From: Acidimicrobiales bacterium
GTDB lineage: Bacteria; Actinomycetota; Acidimicrobiia; Acidimicrobiales; MedAcidi-G1
Reading direction: 5' to 3'
Length of the DNA stretch: 64,000 nt
Assembly (NCBI GenBank): GCA_014237715.1
Contig: JAAZZG010000005.1
Coordinates: 30,391-94,390 of the forward strand
Positions 7,667 through 16,609 of this stretch are shown one piece after another (position 1 is the stretch's first letter; the number at the start of each line of letters is the position of its first letter). A program made the translations under genes and the position numbers. Under the pieces are notes generated by a model, which saw only the letters and a program-made list of their open reading frames with translations, did no database searches and was not told the DNA's origin.

Positions 7667-10227
7667 ATCCCGTCGTGGGCGTGGAGGGCCGCGGCTACCG
7701 CCCCGGCGGTCGGGACGAGACCGATCTCGCCCACGCCTTTGATCCCGTAGGGGGCGTTGGGCTGGGGTGACTCGACGAGGCGCACGTCGACGTCAGGCAT
7801 GTCCTTGGGGCGGATGATCCCGAGACTGCGCAGGGTCTCGTTTCGTGGGCGGGCCTCGTCATCGGCCGGGAACCCCTCGGTGAGGGCATACCCGAGACCC
7901 ATGTGCACCGCGCCCTCCACCTGGCCTTCGCACAGCATTGGGTTGACGGCCCGGCCCACGTCGTGGGCAGCCACCACCCGGTCAACACCGCCCGTCTCCG
8001 GGTCGAGCACGACCAGCTGGGCGGCGTAGCCGAACGTGGAGTGGATGATCGGATTCTCGACACCGTCGTTGAGCGAGTTGGTCCAGTCGACCCGGTACTC
8101 GCCCTCATAGTCGACGCCGATCCGACAGCCGTCGGCCAGGGCGTTGCGACAGGCATCGGCCACCGATCCGGCGCCCATCAAGGTGCCCCGGCTACCCGTG
8201 GTCTGTCCGGCACCCAGCTCCCGGGTGGTGTCGACAATCACGTCGATGCACTCCGGATCGATACCGAGCTCCTCGACGGCCACCTGCATGGCCACGGTGT
8301 GGACGCCCTGGCCCATCTCGGTCCAGCAGTGCCGCACCTCGACCCGACCGTCGTCGCGGAAGTGCACAACGGCCCGTGCGACCTCCTTGAAGCCATTGCC
8401 CAGGCCCGAGTTCTTGAGGCCCAGGCCGAGACCGACCGGTCGACCATCGGCCACCGCGTCGTCATAGGCGTCCTTCACTTCGTCCAGGCACGCCCGGGCA
8501 CCCAGACAGCCGTCGTCCATGATCTGACCCGGCCCCCACACCGCCCCCGGGGAGATGACGTTGCGGCTGCGGATCTCCCAGCCGGAGATGCCGGCCTTCT
8601 CGGCGAGGCGATCCAGCACGCCCTCCATGGCGAACTGGGCCTGGTTGGCCCCGAAGCCCCGGAAGGCGCCACAGACCGGGCTGTTGGTTCGCACCGCGGT
8701 GGCTTCCACGTCGATGGTGGGCAACACGTAGGGACCACTGGCATGCCCGGCGGCCCGCTCCAGAACCTTCATGCCGACCGACGCATAGGGGCCCGAGTCA
8801 CCGATCATCCGCACCCACAGGCCGGTCAACCTGCCGTCAACATCACAGCCTGCCCGGTAGGCCATACGGATCGGGTGCCGCTTGGGATGCATGAGAAGCG
8901 ACTCCTCACGCGACAGCGTGCACTTCACGGGACGCCCGGTGACCCAGGCGGCGAGCGCCGCGTGGGCCTGGTTGGACATGTCCTCCTTGCCACCAAACGC
9001 TCCGCCGTTGGACACCAGCTCCACGGTGATCCTCGACGTGTCGACGTCGAGGACCGAGGCGATCTGGTTGCGGTCGTCCCACACGCCCTGACCACCGGAG
9101 TACACGTACAGACCGGGCTGGTCCCCGCTGCCCTCCCCGGACGGGTCGTCGCCGGGAAGGACCGTGGGTACGGCGAGGGTCGACTCGGGCTCCACGAAGG
9201 CGTGCTCGATGCGTTGGGTTTGGAAGACCTCCTCGACCACGTGGGCGGACCCGGCCAGCGCGGCTTCTACGTCACCGCGGGCATAGGTCGAGACCGAGAG
9301 CACGTTGCCGTCTAGTTCCCAGACGGCATCCTCGTCGGCAGCTACCGCCACCACCGGGTCGCTGTACACGGTCAGCGGCACCTGCTCGACGGTCACCAGC
9401 TCGGCGGCCCGGCGAGCTGTCTCACGGTCGTCGGCCACCACCACGGCCAGCACGTCGCCGAGGTACGAGGTGCGACCCCCCTCGGGGATCATCACCGGCC
9501 AGTCGATGTGGATGATGCCTACCCGCCGGGCCCCGGGGATGTCGGCCGCCGTGAGCACCCGATGGACGCCGTCGACCGCCTCAGCGGCCGAGGTGTCGAT
9601 GCGCACGATGTCGGCCCGGGCATGGTCGGCCAACCGCAACGCCGCGTGCAGCAGACCCTCGGGACAGAGGTCGTCGACGTAGGGACGATCGCCGAGGGAG
9701 AGTTCGAAGGCCTCCACCTTGATGCCGCTGGATCCCACGCCTCCGCGGGGCAGGGGCACCGGCACCTCACCGGCGGCCAGGGACTCCACGGCGTCGAGAA
9801 CCTTCACGTAGCCGGTGCATCGACACAGGTGGGCGCCCAGGTGCCGGGCCGCGTCGCCGCGTTCCAATACCTTCCCCTTGCTGGACGCCTTGTCCAGCAG
9901 TGCCTTGGTCCGCATGACGATGCCCGGGATGCAGAAGCCGCACTGCAGGGCACCGTGGGCGGCGAACGTCATGGCGTACCGCTGCCGCTCGTCCTCGTCG
10001 AGACCCTCCAGCGTGGTGATCGACGCACCATCGGCCTTGTCCATGGACGTCTGGCACGACACCCGCGCCTTGCCGTCCACCAGAACCGTGCAACAACCGC
10101 ACTGACCGGAGGGCGAGCAACCGTCCTTGGGTGAGGTCACACCCAGTTCGTCGCGCAGGGCGGCCAGCAGATGTGGGTGGTCGACCGAGGCTTCCACCGT
10201 CGTGCCGTTCAGGTCGAAGGTCGTCAC
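7597..10227 (-). CDS. Fused [2Fe-2S] + molybdopterin-binding hydroxylase (Mop aldehyde oxidoreductase / XdhD-like), no FAD domain
   Basis: 876 aa. The N-terminus carries CSPSGQCGCCTVLVDGKARVSC and CGFCIPG...CRCTGY (two 2Fe-2S sites). It is followed directly by a Moco large-subunit body (GGAFGGKED). GTG start 10227 overlaps the upstream stop (GTGA). Confidence 0.85.
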   Translation of the reverse strand: MTTFDLNGTTVEASVDHPHLLAALRDELGVTSPKDGCSPSGQCGCCTVLVDGKARVSCQTSMDKADGASITTLEGLDEDERQRYAMTFAAHGALQCGFCIPGIVMRTKALLDKASSKGKVLERGDAARHLGAHLCRCTGYVKVLDAVESLAAGEVPVPLPRGGVGSSGIKVEAFELSLGDRPYVDDLCPEGLLHAALRLADHARADIVRIDTSAAEAVDGVHRVLTAADIPGARRVGIIHIDWPVMIPEGGRTSYLGDVLAVVVADDRETARRAAELVTVEQVPLTVYSDPVVAVAADEDAVWELDGNVLSVSTYARGDVEAALAGSAHVVEEVFQTQRIEHAFVEPESTLAVPTVLPGDDPSGEGSGDQPGLYVYSGGQGVWDDRNQIASVLDVDTSRITVELVSNGGAFGGKEDMSNQAHAALAAWVTGRPVKCTLSREESLLMHPKRHPIRMAYRAGCDVDGRLTGLWVRMIGDSGPYASVGMKVLERAAGHASGPYVLPTIDVEATAVRTNSPVCGAFRGFGANQAQFAMEGVLDRLAEKAGISGWEIRSRNVISPGAVWGPGQIMDDGCLGARACLDEVKDAYDDAVADGRPVGLGLGLKNSGLGNGFKEVARAVVHFRDDGRVEVRHCWTEMGQGVHTVAMQVAVEELGIDPECIDVIVDTTRELGAGQTTGSRGTLMGAGSVADACRNALADGCRIGVDYEGEYRVDWTNSLNDGVENPIIHSTFGYAAQLVVLDPETGGVDRVVAAHDVGRAVNPMLCEGQVEGAVHMGLGYALTEGFPADDEARPRNETLRSLGIIRPKDMPDVDVRLVESPQPNAPYGIKGVGEIGLVPTAGAVAAALHAHDGMWRHSLPMAAPDQQEHWADWDGR

Positions 10228-11207
10228 GACCGGTCCCCCTCATCTCGTTTCCGGTCGATCTGATCATCCAGGGCGCCCTGCACGTGGGCAGGTACCTCGG
10301 GCCCCCGCTGGGTGGTGATACGGCCGTAGACCTCGGGACGGCGGTACCGGTCGAAGTCGAAGAGCGTTTCAGTGAAGTTGGCGCACAGGTCCAGGTCAGC
10401 GGTGGCCACCACCAACTCATCGCCCACCGTGGTCGCCACTGCACGGACCTCTCCCGACGGGGCGATGATGGCGCTCTCGCCCAACAGGTCGCAGCCCTCT
10501 TCACACCCGGCCTTGGCCACGCCGACCACCCACATGCCGTTCTGGTAGGCGCCGGACTGGAGCACCAACCCGTTGTGGAAGCCCTGCAGACGGTCCTGAT
10601 CGGGGTCGGGGGCGTAGTGGATCGGCGTGTTGTAGCCGATGAGGGCGAGCTCGCAGCCCTGGAGACCCAGCACCCGGTAGGTCTCAGGCCATCGCCGGTC
10701 GTTGCAGATAGCCATGCCGACAACCCCACCGAACGCACCGTGCACGTCGAAGCCATCGCCGGCCTCGAAGTAGTAGCGCTCCAGGTGCTGGAAGGCCCGC
10801 CACGGCTCATGGTCCTCATGGCCGGGGAGGTGGACCTTGCGATATCGACCCACGACGGTGCCGTCTCGTTCCACGAGGATCGCCGTGTTGTAGCGGTGCC
10901 CGTCGGGCGTGAGTTCGGCATACCCGAGGTGGAAGCCCACGCCGAGGCGACGGGCCTCATCGAACAGGGGTTGCGTCTCGGGGCCGGGCATCTCGGTCTC
11001 GTAGAACCGGTCGGCCTCAGCCAGATCATCGACCCACCACCGCGGAAAGAAGGTCGTCAGCGTGAGTTCAGGGAACACCACCAGGTCGCACCCGGCCTCG
11101 GCTCCCTCCCGGAGCAGGGCGATGAGCCGCTCGACGACCATCGTTCGAGTGTCGGCCAACTGGATGGGGCCGACCTGGGCGGCCCCGATGGTGAGGGAGC
11201 GCGTCAT
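10224..11207 (-). CDS. Carbon-nitrogen hydrolase, N-carbamoyl-D-amino-acid hydrolase (D-carbamoylase)-like
   Basis: 327 aa. Glu in VVFPELTLT, Lys in YRKVHLPG, Cys in MAICNDRRWPE (the ICNDRRWPE block matches D-carbamoylases as I recall them). ATGA overlap with the upstream gene. Confidence 0.8.
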   Translation of the reverse strand: MTRSLTIGAAQVGPIQLADTRTMVVERLIALLREGAEAGCDLVVFPELTLTTFFPRWWVDDLAEADRFYETEMPGPETQPLFDEARRLGVGFHLGYAELTPDGHRYNTAILVERDGTVVGRYRKVHLPGHEDHEPWRAFQHLERYYFEAGDGFDVHGAFGGVVGMAICNDRRWPETYRVLGLQGCELALIGYNTPIHYAPDPDQDRLQGFHNGLVLQSGAYQNGMWVVGVAKAGCEEGCDLLGESAIIAPSGEVRAVATTVGDELVVATADLDLCANFTETLFDFDRYRRPEVYGRITTQRGPEVPAHVQGALDDQIDRKRDEGDRS

Positions 11208-12472
11208 CGGTCCAGTGGCTCCTGATCAAGGGTGAGGATGGTCTGGAGCAGGACATCGGCCCCGGCCACCAGATCAGCCGGGTCGGTGTGCTCGGCTGGA
11301 TTGTGGCTGATCCCATCACGGCTGGGCACGAAGACCATGCCGGTCGGGCACACCCGGGCCAGCATCTGGGCGTCATGGCCGGCACCCGACGGCATCCGTC
11401 GCACCGAGTGGCCCAGATCGACGGCCACCGCGGCCACCGCGTCGACCACCCGGTCATCGAAGGCCACCGGTTCGAATCGGGCCAGCGTGCGTTCGACGAC
11501 GGTCACCCCCTCAGCGGCCGCGGCTTCGGCCACGAAGCGGGCCAGGTCGGACTCGGCTTCCTGAAGGAGGGCCTCGTCGGTGTTGCGAAGGTCCACGGTC
11601 ATGGACGCCGAAGCGGCCACCACATTGACCAGATTGGGGTGTAGTTCGATCCGTCCCACGGTGGCCACCTGTCGACCCTCCCCCATGGCACCCATGCGAG
11701 TGGCCAGCTCACGCACATGGGCCGTGACCTTGGCGGCCACGTAGGCCGGATCGTGGCGCAGGGCCATGGGGGTGGTCCCGGCGTGGTTGGACTGGCCGGT
11801 GATGGTCAGCTCGGTCCACGAGATGCCCTGAACGCCGGTCACCGCGCCAATGGTGACACCCTCGGCCTCGAGCACCGGGCCCTGTTCCACGTGCAGTTCT
11901 ACGAAGGCCCGGGGTGACGGGCCGGGACACGGCGAGGTGCCCCGGTAGCCGATGCGATCCAGCTCGGCGCCCACGACGGCACCGTCGATACCCTCGATGT
12001 CGAGTGCCTCCTCGACGGCCATGCCACCCACGTAGACAAGGCTGCCCAGCATGTCCGGCGGGAACCGGGCGCCCTCCTCGTCTGTGAAGAAGCCCACGGC
12101 CACCGGATGCTCAGTTTCGATGCCATTGGTTTCAAGGGTCTCGATGACCTCTAAGCCAGCCAACACTCCGAGGTTCCCGTCGTAACGACCGCCGGTTCGG
12201 ACGGTGTCTATGTGGCTACCCGTCATGGTCGGCGGCCCGTCGATCCGTCCAGCCCGCACGCCAACCACGTTGCCGATCCCATCGATTGAGATGTCCAGAC
12301 CCAGGTCACGCATCCATGTGACGACCAGGTCGCGGCCGGCCCGATCGTCGTCGGTCAGGGCGAGACGGCACGAGCCGCCACCATCGATGGGGCCGATGGC
12401 CGCGAGGTCCTCGATGCGTCGCATCAGGCGGTCACCGTCGATACGTAGTGCAGCGCTCCGGTCGCTGGTCAT
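11204..12472 (-). CDS. M20-family Zn hydrolase, allantoate amidohydrolase / N-carbamoyl-L-amino-acid hydrolase type
   Basis: 422 aa. MTGSHIDTVRTGGRYDGNLGV and the overall AllC/AmaB-like pattern. ATGA overlap with the upstream Moco subunit gene. Confidence 0.8.
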   Translation of the reverse strand: MTSDRSAALRIDGDRLMRRIEDLAAIGPIDGGGSCRLALTDDDRAGRDLVVTWMRDLGLDISIDGIGNVVGVRAGRIDGPPTMTGSHIDTVRTGGRYDGNLGVLAGLEVIETLETNGIETEHPVAVGFFTDEEGARFPPDMLGSLVYVGGMAVEEALDIEGIDGAVVGAELDRIGYRGTSPCPGPSPRAFVELHVEQGPVLEAEGVTIGAVTGVQGISWTELTITGQSNHAGTTPMALRHDPAYVAAKVTAHVRELATRMGAMGEGRQVATVGRIELHPNLVNVVAASASMTVDLRNTDEALLQEAESDLARFVAEAAAAEGVTVVERTLARFEPVAFDDRVVDAVAAVAVDLGHSVRRMPSGAGHDAQMLARVCPTGMVFVPSRDGISHNPAEHTDPADLVAGADVLLQTILTLDQEPLDR

Positions 12473-14775
12473 GCGATGACCTCCGCGGTCAAAGCGTTGT
12501 CACCCAGGCAGATGTCCGACGGCCGGATCGGTACCCGTGGCAGGGCCAGGCCGGTGGCGTCGCGGACGGCCGCGGCCACCGCGGCGGTCGATGAGATGGA
12601 CGGCGGCTCACCGATCCCCTTGGCACCGAACGGGGCCCCGGGTTCAGGTTGTTCGATCAGAGCGGCCACCTCGAGGGGCGGCATGTCCAACGCCGTGGGG
12701 ATCAGGTAGTCGGTGAACGAGGCGTTGCGGATGCGTCCGTTGGTGACCTGGACCTCCTCCATAACCGCTAGGCCCACGCCCTGGGCCGCTCCCCCCTCCA
12801 GTTGGCCGAGGGCCTGAAGCGGATGCAGCACACGACCAACGTCCTGGGCAGTGGTCAGCTCGACGACCTTCACGAGCCCCAGGTCGGGATCGACATCAAC
12901 GATGGCCCGGTGGGCCGAGACGGCGAACGAGACGTGGGCGTCACCCTGCCCGTCGCCATCGAGTGGTGACGTGGGGGCGTGCCGGTGGACCACCTCGGCC
13001 TCCACCCGCTCGACGGTCAACTCCTCAAGGGAGAGATCCAGATCTCCAGCCAACGACACGATCCGACCATCGACCAGCACGAGGTCGTCGATCGACACGC
13101 CATGGGTCGCGGACACCGCGGCCAACAGCTCGCGGCGAACCGTCTCACAGGCCAGCTGCACGGCCCCACCGGACATCCAGGTCTGGCGGCTGGCCGACGT
13201 GGAGCCCGCAGAACCGATGGACGTCGTCTCGACCGGTGCCAGGACGACCTCGTCCACGCCCAACACCTCGCCGGCGATCTGACGGGCCAGGGTCACGAAT
13301 CCCTGACCAACCTCGGCACACGCACAAGTGATGGTGGCCACGCCGTGGTGGAGCACGCACCGTGCCGCACTCGAATCGTCGAAGCCCTCTGAGAACATCA
13401 AGTTCTTGAAGCCCACAGCCACCGCCTCGCCACGAACCACGTGCTGGGCATCCGCGGTTCGTCCGGCACCACCGGGTCGAGCCATGGGCTCGTCGGAACC
13501 GAGTGCAGCTGATGGGTGGCCGGCACACGCCCGGATCACCTCGGCCACCGGCAGCGTCCCGGCTATGACCTGGCCGGTGGCAAGACGGTCCCCAGGTTCC
13601 AGGGCGTTTCGCAGCCGGAGGGCCACGGGATCCATGTTCAGCGCGGCAGCCAGACGATCCATCTGGGCCTCGTGGGCGAAGCAGGTCTGGACGGCGCCGA
13701 AGCCCCGCATGGCCCCGCAGGGCGGGTTGTCGGTGCGGACCACCACACCCTCGATTTCGACCGATGGGACCATGTACGGGCCGGCGGCGAAGCAGGTGGC
13801 GTTGGCGATCACCGCACTGCTGGACGAGGCGTAGGCCCCACCGTCCAGCAAGAGGTGGGCCTCGACGCGCACTAGGTCTCCGTCGGTCGTGGCGTGGTGC
13901 CGGTACCACATCCGTGCTGGATGGCGATGCACGTGACCGTGGAAGCTCTCCTCGCGGCCGTAGGACATCTTCACCGGGCGCCCGGTGCGTAGCGCCAGCA
14001 GGCACAGATGCACATGGAGGCTGAGATCCTCTCGGGCACCGAACGCCCCGCCTACGCCGGCCAGTGTCAGGCGAACCTTCTCGTGGGGCAGATCGAGGCA
14101 GGCCGCCACCTGGTCGCGATCGACGTGCAGCCACTGGGTGGCCACGTACAGGTCGACGCCACCGTCGTCGTCAGGAACGGCCATGCCGGATTCGGGGCCG
14201 AGGAATGCCTGGTCCTGCATGCCCACCTCGTAGGTGCCCTCGACGGACACAAGGTCGTCACGGTCGGCGGCCGACTGGTCGCCATGACGCAAATGGATTC
14301 GCCGGATGACGTTGCCGTCGGGATGGATGGGATCGGCGGTCTCGGCCAGCGCCGGATCCACCAGGGGTTCGGTGGGCTGCCAGTCCACGACAATGGCCGC
14401 TAGGGCACGGCGCGCCGTGTCGGGATGGTCGGCGGCCACCACGGCCACCGGTTCGCCCTCGTAACGCACCACGTCACCGGCCAGCACCGGCTGGTCGCAA
14501 TGCTCGAGTCCGAAGGTGGGGCTACCGGGCACGTCCTCATGGGTGAGGACGGCATGGACTCCGTCGATGGCCAGCGCCGGACTCGTGTCGAGGCCCCCGA
14601 TCCGGGCCGCGGGGTGCGGCGACCGGAGCGTGGCACCCCAGAGCATCCGGTCGTGATGAAGGTCGCTGGAGAAGGCGAAGCCGCCGGTCACCTTGGGGAC
14701 GCCGTCAGGGCGGGGTGCGTTCTCGCCTATCCGGGGGCCGACCGACGTCCGGGCACCTGTCTCAACCACCGTCAC
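12469..14775 (-). CDS. Xanthine dehydrogenase-family molybdopterin-binding large subunit
   Basis: 768 aa. N-terminal PDGVPKVTGGFAFSSDL, GGAFGARED block, C-terminal GAKGIGEPP. 4-nt overlap with the Fe-S subunit gene. Confidence 0.9.
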   Translation of the reverse strand: MTVVETGARTSVGPRIGENAPRPDGVPKVTGGFAFSSDLHHDRMLWGATLRSPHPAARIGGLDTSPALAIDGVHAVLTHEDVPGSPTFGLEHCDQPVLAGDVVRYEGEPVAVVAADHPDTARRALAAIVVDWQPTEPLVDPALAETADPIHPDGNVIRRIHLRHGDQSAADRDDLVSVEGTYEVGMQDQAFLGPESGMAVPDDDGGVDLYVATQWLHVDRDQVAACLDLPHEKVRLTLAGVGGAFGAREDLSLHVHLCLLALRTGRPVKMSYGREESFHGHVHRHPARMWYRHHATTDGDLVRVEAHLLLDGGAYASSSSAVIANATCFAAGPYMVPSVEIEGVVVRTDNPPCGAMRGFGAVQTCFAHEAQMDRLAAALNMDPVALRLRNALEPGDRLATGQVIAGTLPVAEVIRACAGHPSAALGSDEPMARPGGAGRTADAQHVVRGEAVAVGFKNLMFSEGFDDSSAARCVLHHGVATITCACAEVGQGFVTLARQIAGEVLGVDEVVLAPVETTSIGSAGSTSASRQTWMSGGAVQLACETVRRELLAAVSATHGVSIDDLVLVDGRIVSLAGDLDLSLEELTVERVEAEVVHRHAPTSPLDGDGQGDAHVSFAVSAHRAIVDVDPDLGLVKVVELTTAQDVGRVLHPLQALGQLEGGAAQGVGLAVMEEVQVTNGRIRNASFTDYLIPTALDMPPLEVAALIEQPEPGAPFGAKGIGEPPSISSTAAVAAAVRDATGLALPRVPIRPSDICLGDNALTAEVIA

Positions 14776-15263
14776 GGGGTGGCCTCTGCCTGTCGGGCCG
14801 CGGCGGCCCGGTCGACAGCATCGAGGATCCGGCCGTAGCCGGTGCAGCGGCAGAGGTTGCCGGAGATGGCCTCGCGTACCGTGAGGTCGTCGGGCTTGGA
14901 ATCGTCATCGAGTAGGGCGTCGACGGCCATCAGTAGACCGGGTGTGCAGAATCCGCACTGCACGGCGCCGGCGTCCAGGAACGCCTGCTGTACGTCGGAG
15001 AGGTCGCCTTCCGAGCCGAGGCCCTCGATAGTCACCACCTCGCGTCCGGCGGCCGCCTCGGCCAGCACCAGGCAGCTACACACCGTCTCGCCGTCGAGGC
15101 GAACGGTGCACGAGCCGCACTCGCCCTCTTCGCACGCATTCTTGGACCCGGCCAGACCCAAGCGCTCGCGCAGCACGAACAGCAGGCTCTCGCCGGCCAC
15201 GGCATCGACTACCGAACGGTTGTGACCGTTGATGGACAGGGAGAAACCGTCCACGCTCGTCAT
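14772..15263 (-). CDS. (2Fe-2S)-binding small subunit of the molybdenum hydroxylase
   Basis: ORF 14772..15911 trimmed to MTSVDGFSLSINGHNRS (163 aa). CEEGECGSCTV...C, CGFCTPG, CRCTGY. The discarded N-terminal extension is Arg/Pro-rich and overlaps the FAD subunit gene. Confidence 0.9.
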   Translation of the reverse strand: MTSVDGFSLSINGHNRSVVDAVAGESLLFVLRERLGLAGSKNACEEGECGSCTVRLDGETVCSCLVLAEAAAGREVVTIEGLGSEGDLSDVQQAFLDAGAVQCGFCTPGLLMAVDALLDDDSKPDDLTVREAISGNLCRCTGYGRILDAVDRAAAARQAEATP

Positions 15264-16153
15264 GCGGGCACCGGCGCGGACCCGGGAAACGCCCGGAGGA
15301 TGGCCCGGCGGGCCAGGACGCGTACGGCGTGTCGGCGGTACGCCGCAGAGCTGCGGTGGTCGTCGATGGGTCGGGCGGCATCGGCCACCAGGTCGGCGAA
15401 ACGGTCCACGAGGTCGGAATCCGGAGAGGCCATGTTCTCGAAATCGAGCCGCTCGGCCACCAGCACCTCGGCTTCTACGGCCCGCAGCGGGACCGGAGCC
15501 ACCGAACCGAGGGCTATCCGGACGTTGCGGCCCGGTCGGTCTACCACCAGGGCGAGGGAAGTCACGGCGATGACCATGGCGTTGCGGGTTCCCACCTTGA
15601 GGAACTCCTGGGGGCCTTCGAGGACCGGCACGCGGATGACCGTGATGAGCTCGCCGGGGATCAGGGCGTTGGCCTTGACCCCGGTCACGAACTCGTCCAG
15701 CGGCAGCCGACGGGCTCCACCGGCCGACTGCAACTCGATCTCGGCGTCCAGTGCGGCAAGTACGGGCAGGGTGTCGCCGGCGGGTGACGCAGTGGCCAGG
15801 TTTCCGCCGAGGGTCGCCGTGTTGCGGATCTGTGGGGAGCCGACGGTGCGGGCTGCCTGGGCCAGAGCGGGCACCAACGAGGCGAGGGCCGGTTCGGCGA
15901 GGTCGGTGCACGTAGTCCCGGCGCCGAGGCGTAGGACGTCAGCACGGTCGCCCTCAAGGCTCCATCCCCGGAGTTCAGGTATCCGATCCACGGCCACCAC
16001 GTGGCCGATCGTGCGGACTCCACGGTTCACCTCGACCATGAGATCGGTGCCACCGGCCAGAACCAGTGCATCGGGGTGGGCAGCCAGGGACGCGCAGGCT
16101 TCGTCGATGGATGTCGCAATGGTCACCGGCACCCCAACATGCTGCCGTGCCAC
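15260..16153 (-). CDS. FAD-binding subunit (CoxM/XdhB-like) of the molybdenum hydroxylase
   Basis: 297 aa. LAGGTDLMVEVN FAD-binding block. GTG start at 16153; an internal GTG at 16132 is possible. First gene of the long minus-strand operon. Confidence 0.85.
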   Translation of the reverse strand: MARQHVGVPVTIATSIDEACASLAAHPDALVLAGGTDLMVEVNRGVRTIGHVVAVDRIPELRGWSLEGDRADVLRLGAGTTCTDLAEPALASLVPALAQAARTVGSPQIRNTATLGGNLATASPAGDTLPVLAALDAEIELQSAGGARRLPLDEFVTGVKANALIPGELITVIRVPVLEGPQEFLKVGTRNAMVIAVTSLALVVDRPGRNVRIALGSVAPVPLRAVEAEVLVAERLDFENMASPDSDLVDRFADLVADAARPIDDHRSSAAYRRHAVRVLARRAILRAFPGSAPVPA

Positions 16154-16205
16154 GCCCCATTCGTCAACATTTTGTCAACTAAGGGGTCGGGGCTAGGGTG
16201 CCCCC
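16154..16205. promoter_or_regulatory. Divergent promoter/operator region with a GTCAAC direct repeat
   Basis: 52-bp gap between the divergent starts 16153 (-) and 16206 (+). It contains the locally AT-rich CATTCGTCAACATTTTGTCAACTAAGG, with GTCAAC at 16163-16168 and 16174-16179 (11-bp register). Confidence 0.35.
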
Positions 16206-16580
16206 GTGGCCACCTCCGACCCACTCCTGGACGCGCTACAGCCAGTCGTCGAGGCGCTCGGGGGCACGCTGGTCCCACCGGCCGAAGCCGAAGGCGAGGA
16301 TGTCAACGTCGTGTGGGATGGCGCCGTGGTTGCCGCCGTCCGCCGGCCCGACCCCCACCTGGACCTACACGACGCCCTTCCCACCCTCATCGCCGAGGTC
16401 GAACACGACATGGGTCACCCGTGCGCCGAGATGGACCGCTCCCAGAAGCAGGAGGCCGTGGCGCTCCTCAACGAACGGGGAGCGTTCACCCTCCGCAAGT
16501 CCGTGGAGGACGTGGCCGAGGCGCTCGGGGTGAGCCGCTTCACCGTCTACAACTATCTGGAGCGCGCCGAAGCAGGCTAG
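16206..16580 (+). CDS. HTH_22 (YheO/DauR-like C-terminal) DNA-binding transcriptional regulator
   Basis: 124 aa, GTG start. The C-terminus QKQEAVALLNERGAFTLRKSVEDVAEALGVSRFTVYNYLE matches the YheO-type HTH_22 pattern. Divergent from the catabolic operon. Confidence 0.7.
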   Translation: MATSDPLLDALQPVVEALGGTLVPPAEAEGEDVNVVWDGAVVAAVRRPDPHLDLHDALPTLIAEVEHDMGHPCAEMDRSQKQEAVALLNERGAFTLRKSVEDVAEALGVSRFTVYNYLERAEAG

Positions 16581-16609
16581 ATCGTGGGCCTCCGGTACGG
16601 TCCGCGGCC

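Noticed and set aside
7903-9315. Large antisense ORFs such as 7903..9315(+), 48686..49873(-), 58178..59119(-), 55905..57173(+), 52886..53899(-) and 13145..14134(-)
   Set aside because: All are opposite strongly supported genes, lack any recognisable motif and show the His/Arg/Gly/Pro/Val-rich composition of GC-rich antisense frames. I treat them as non-coding.
15264-15911. Long N-terminal extension of the Fe-S subunit ORF (14772..15911, 379 aa)
   Set aside because: The extension is Arg/Pro/Gly-rich and lies entirely inside the well-supported FAD-subunit gene in another frame. The Fe-S domain begins at MTSVDGF (15263) with a 4-nt overlap typical of this operon.
16001-16609. N-terminal 200-aa extension of the amidase ORF (16001..18070)
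   Set aside because: It overlaps the FAD-subunit gene start and the whole HTH_22 regulator gene. The sequence is low-complexity Arg/Gly/Pro. The amidase family N-terminus starts at ATG 16610.
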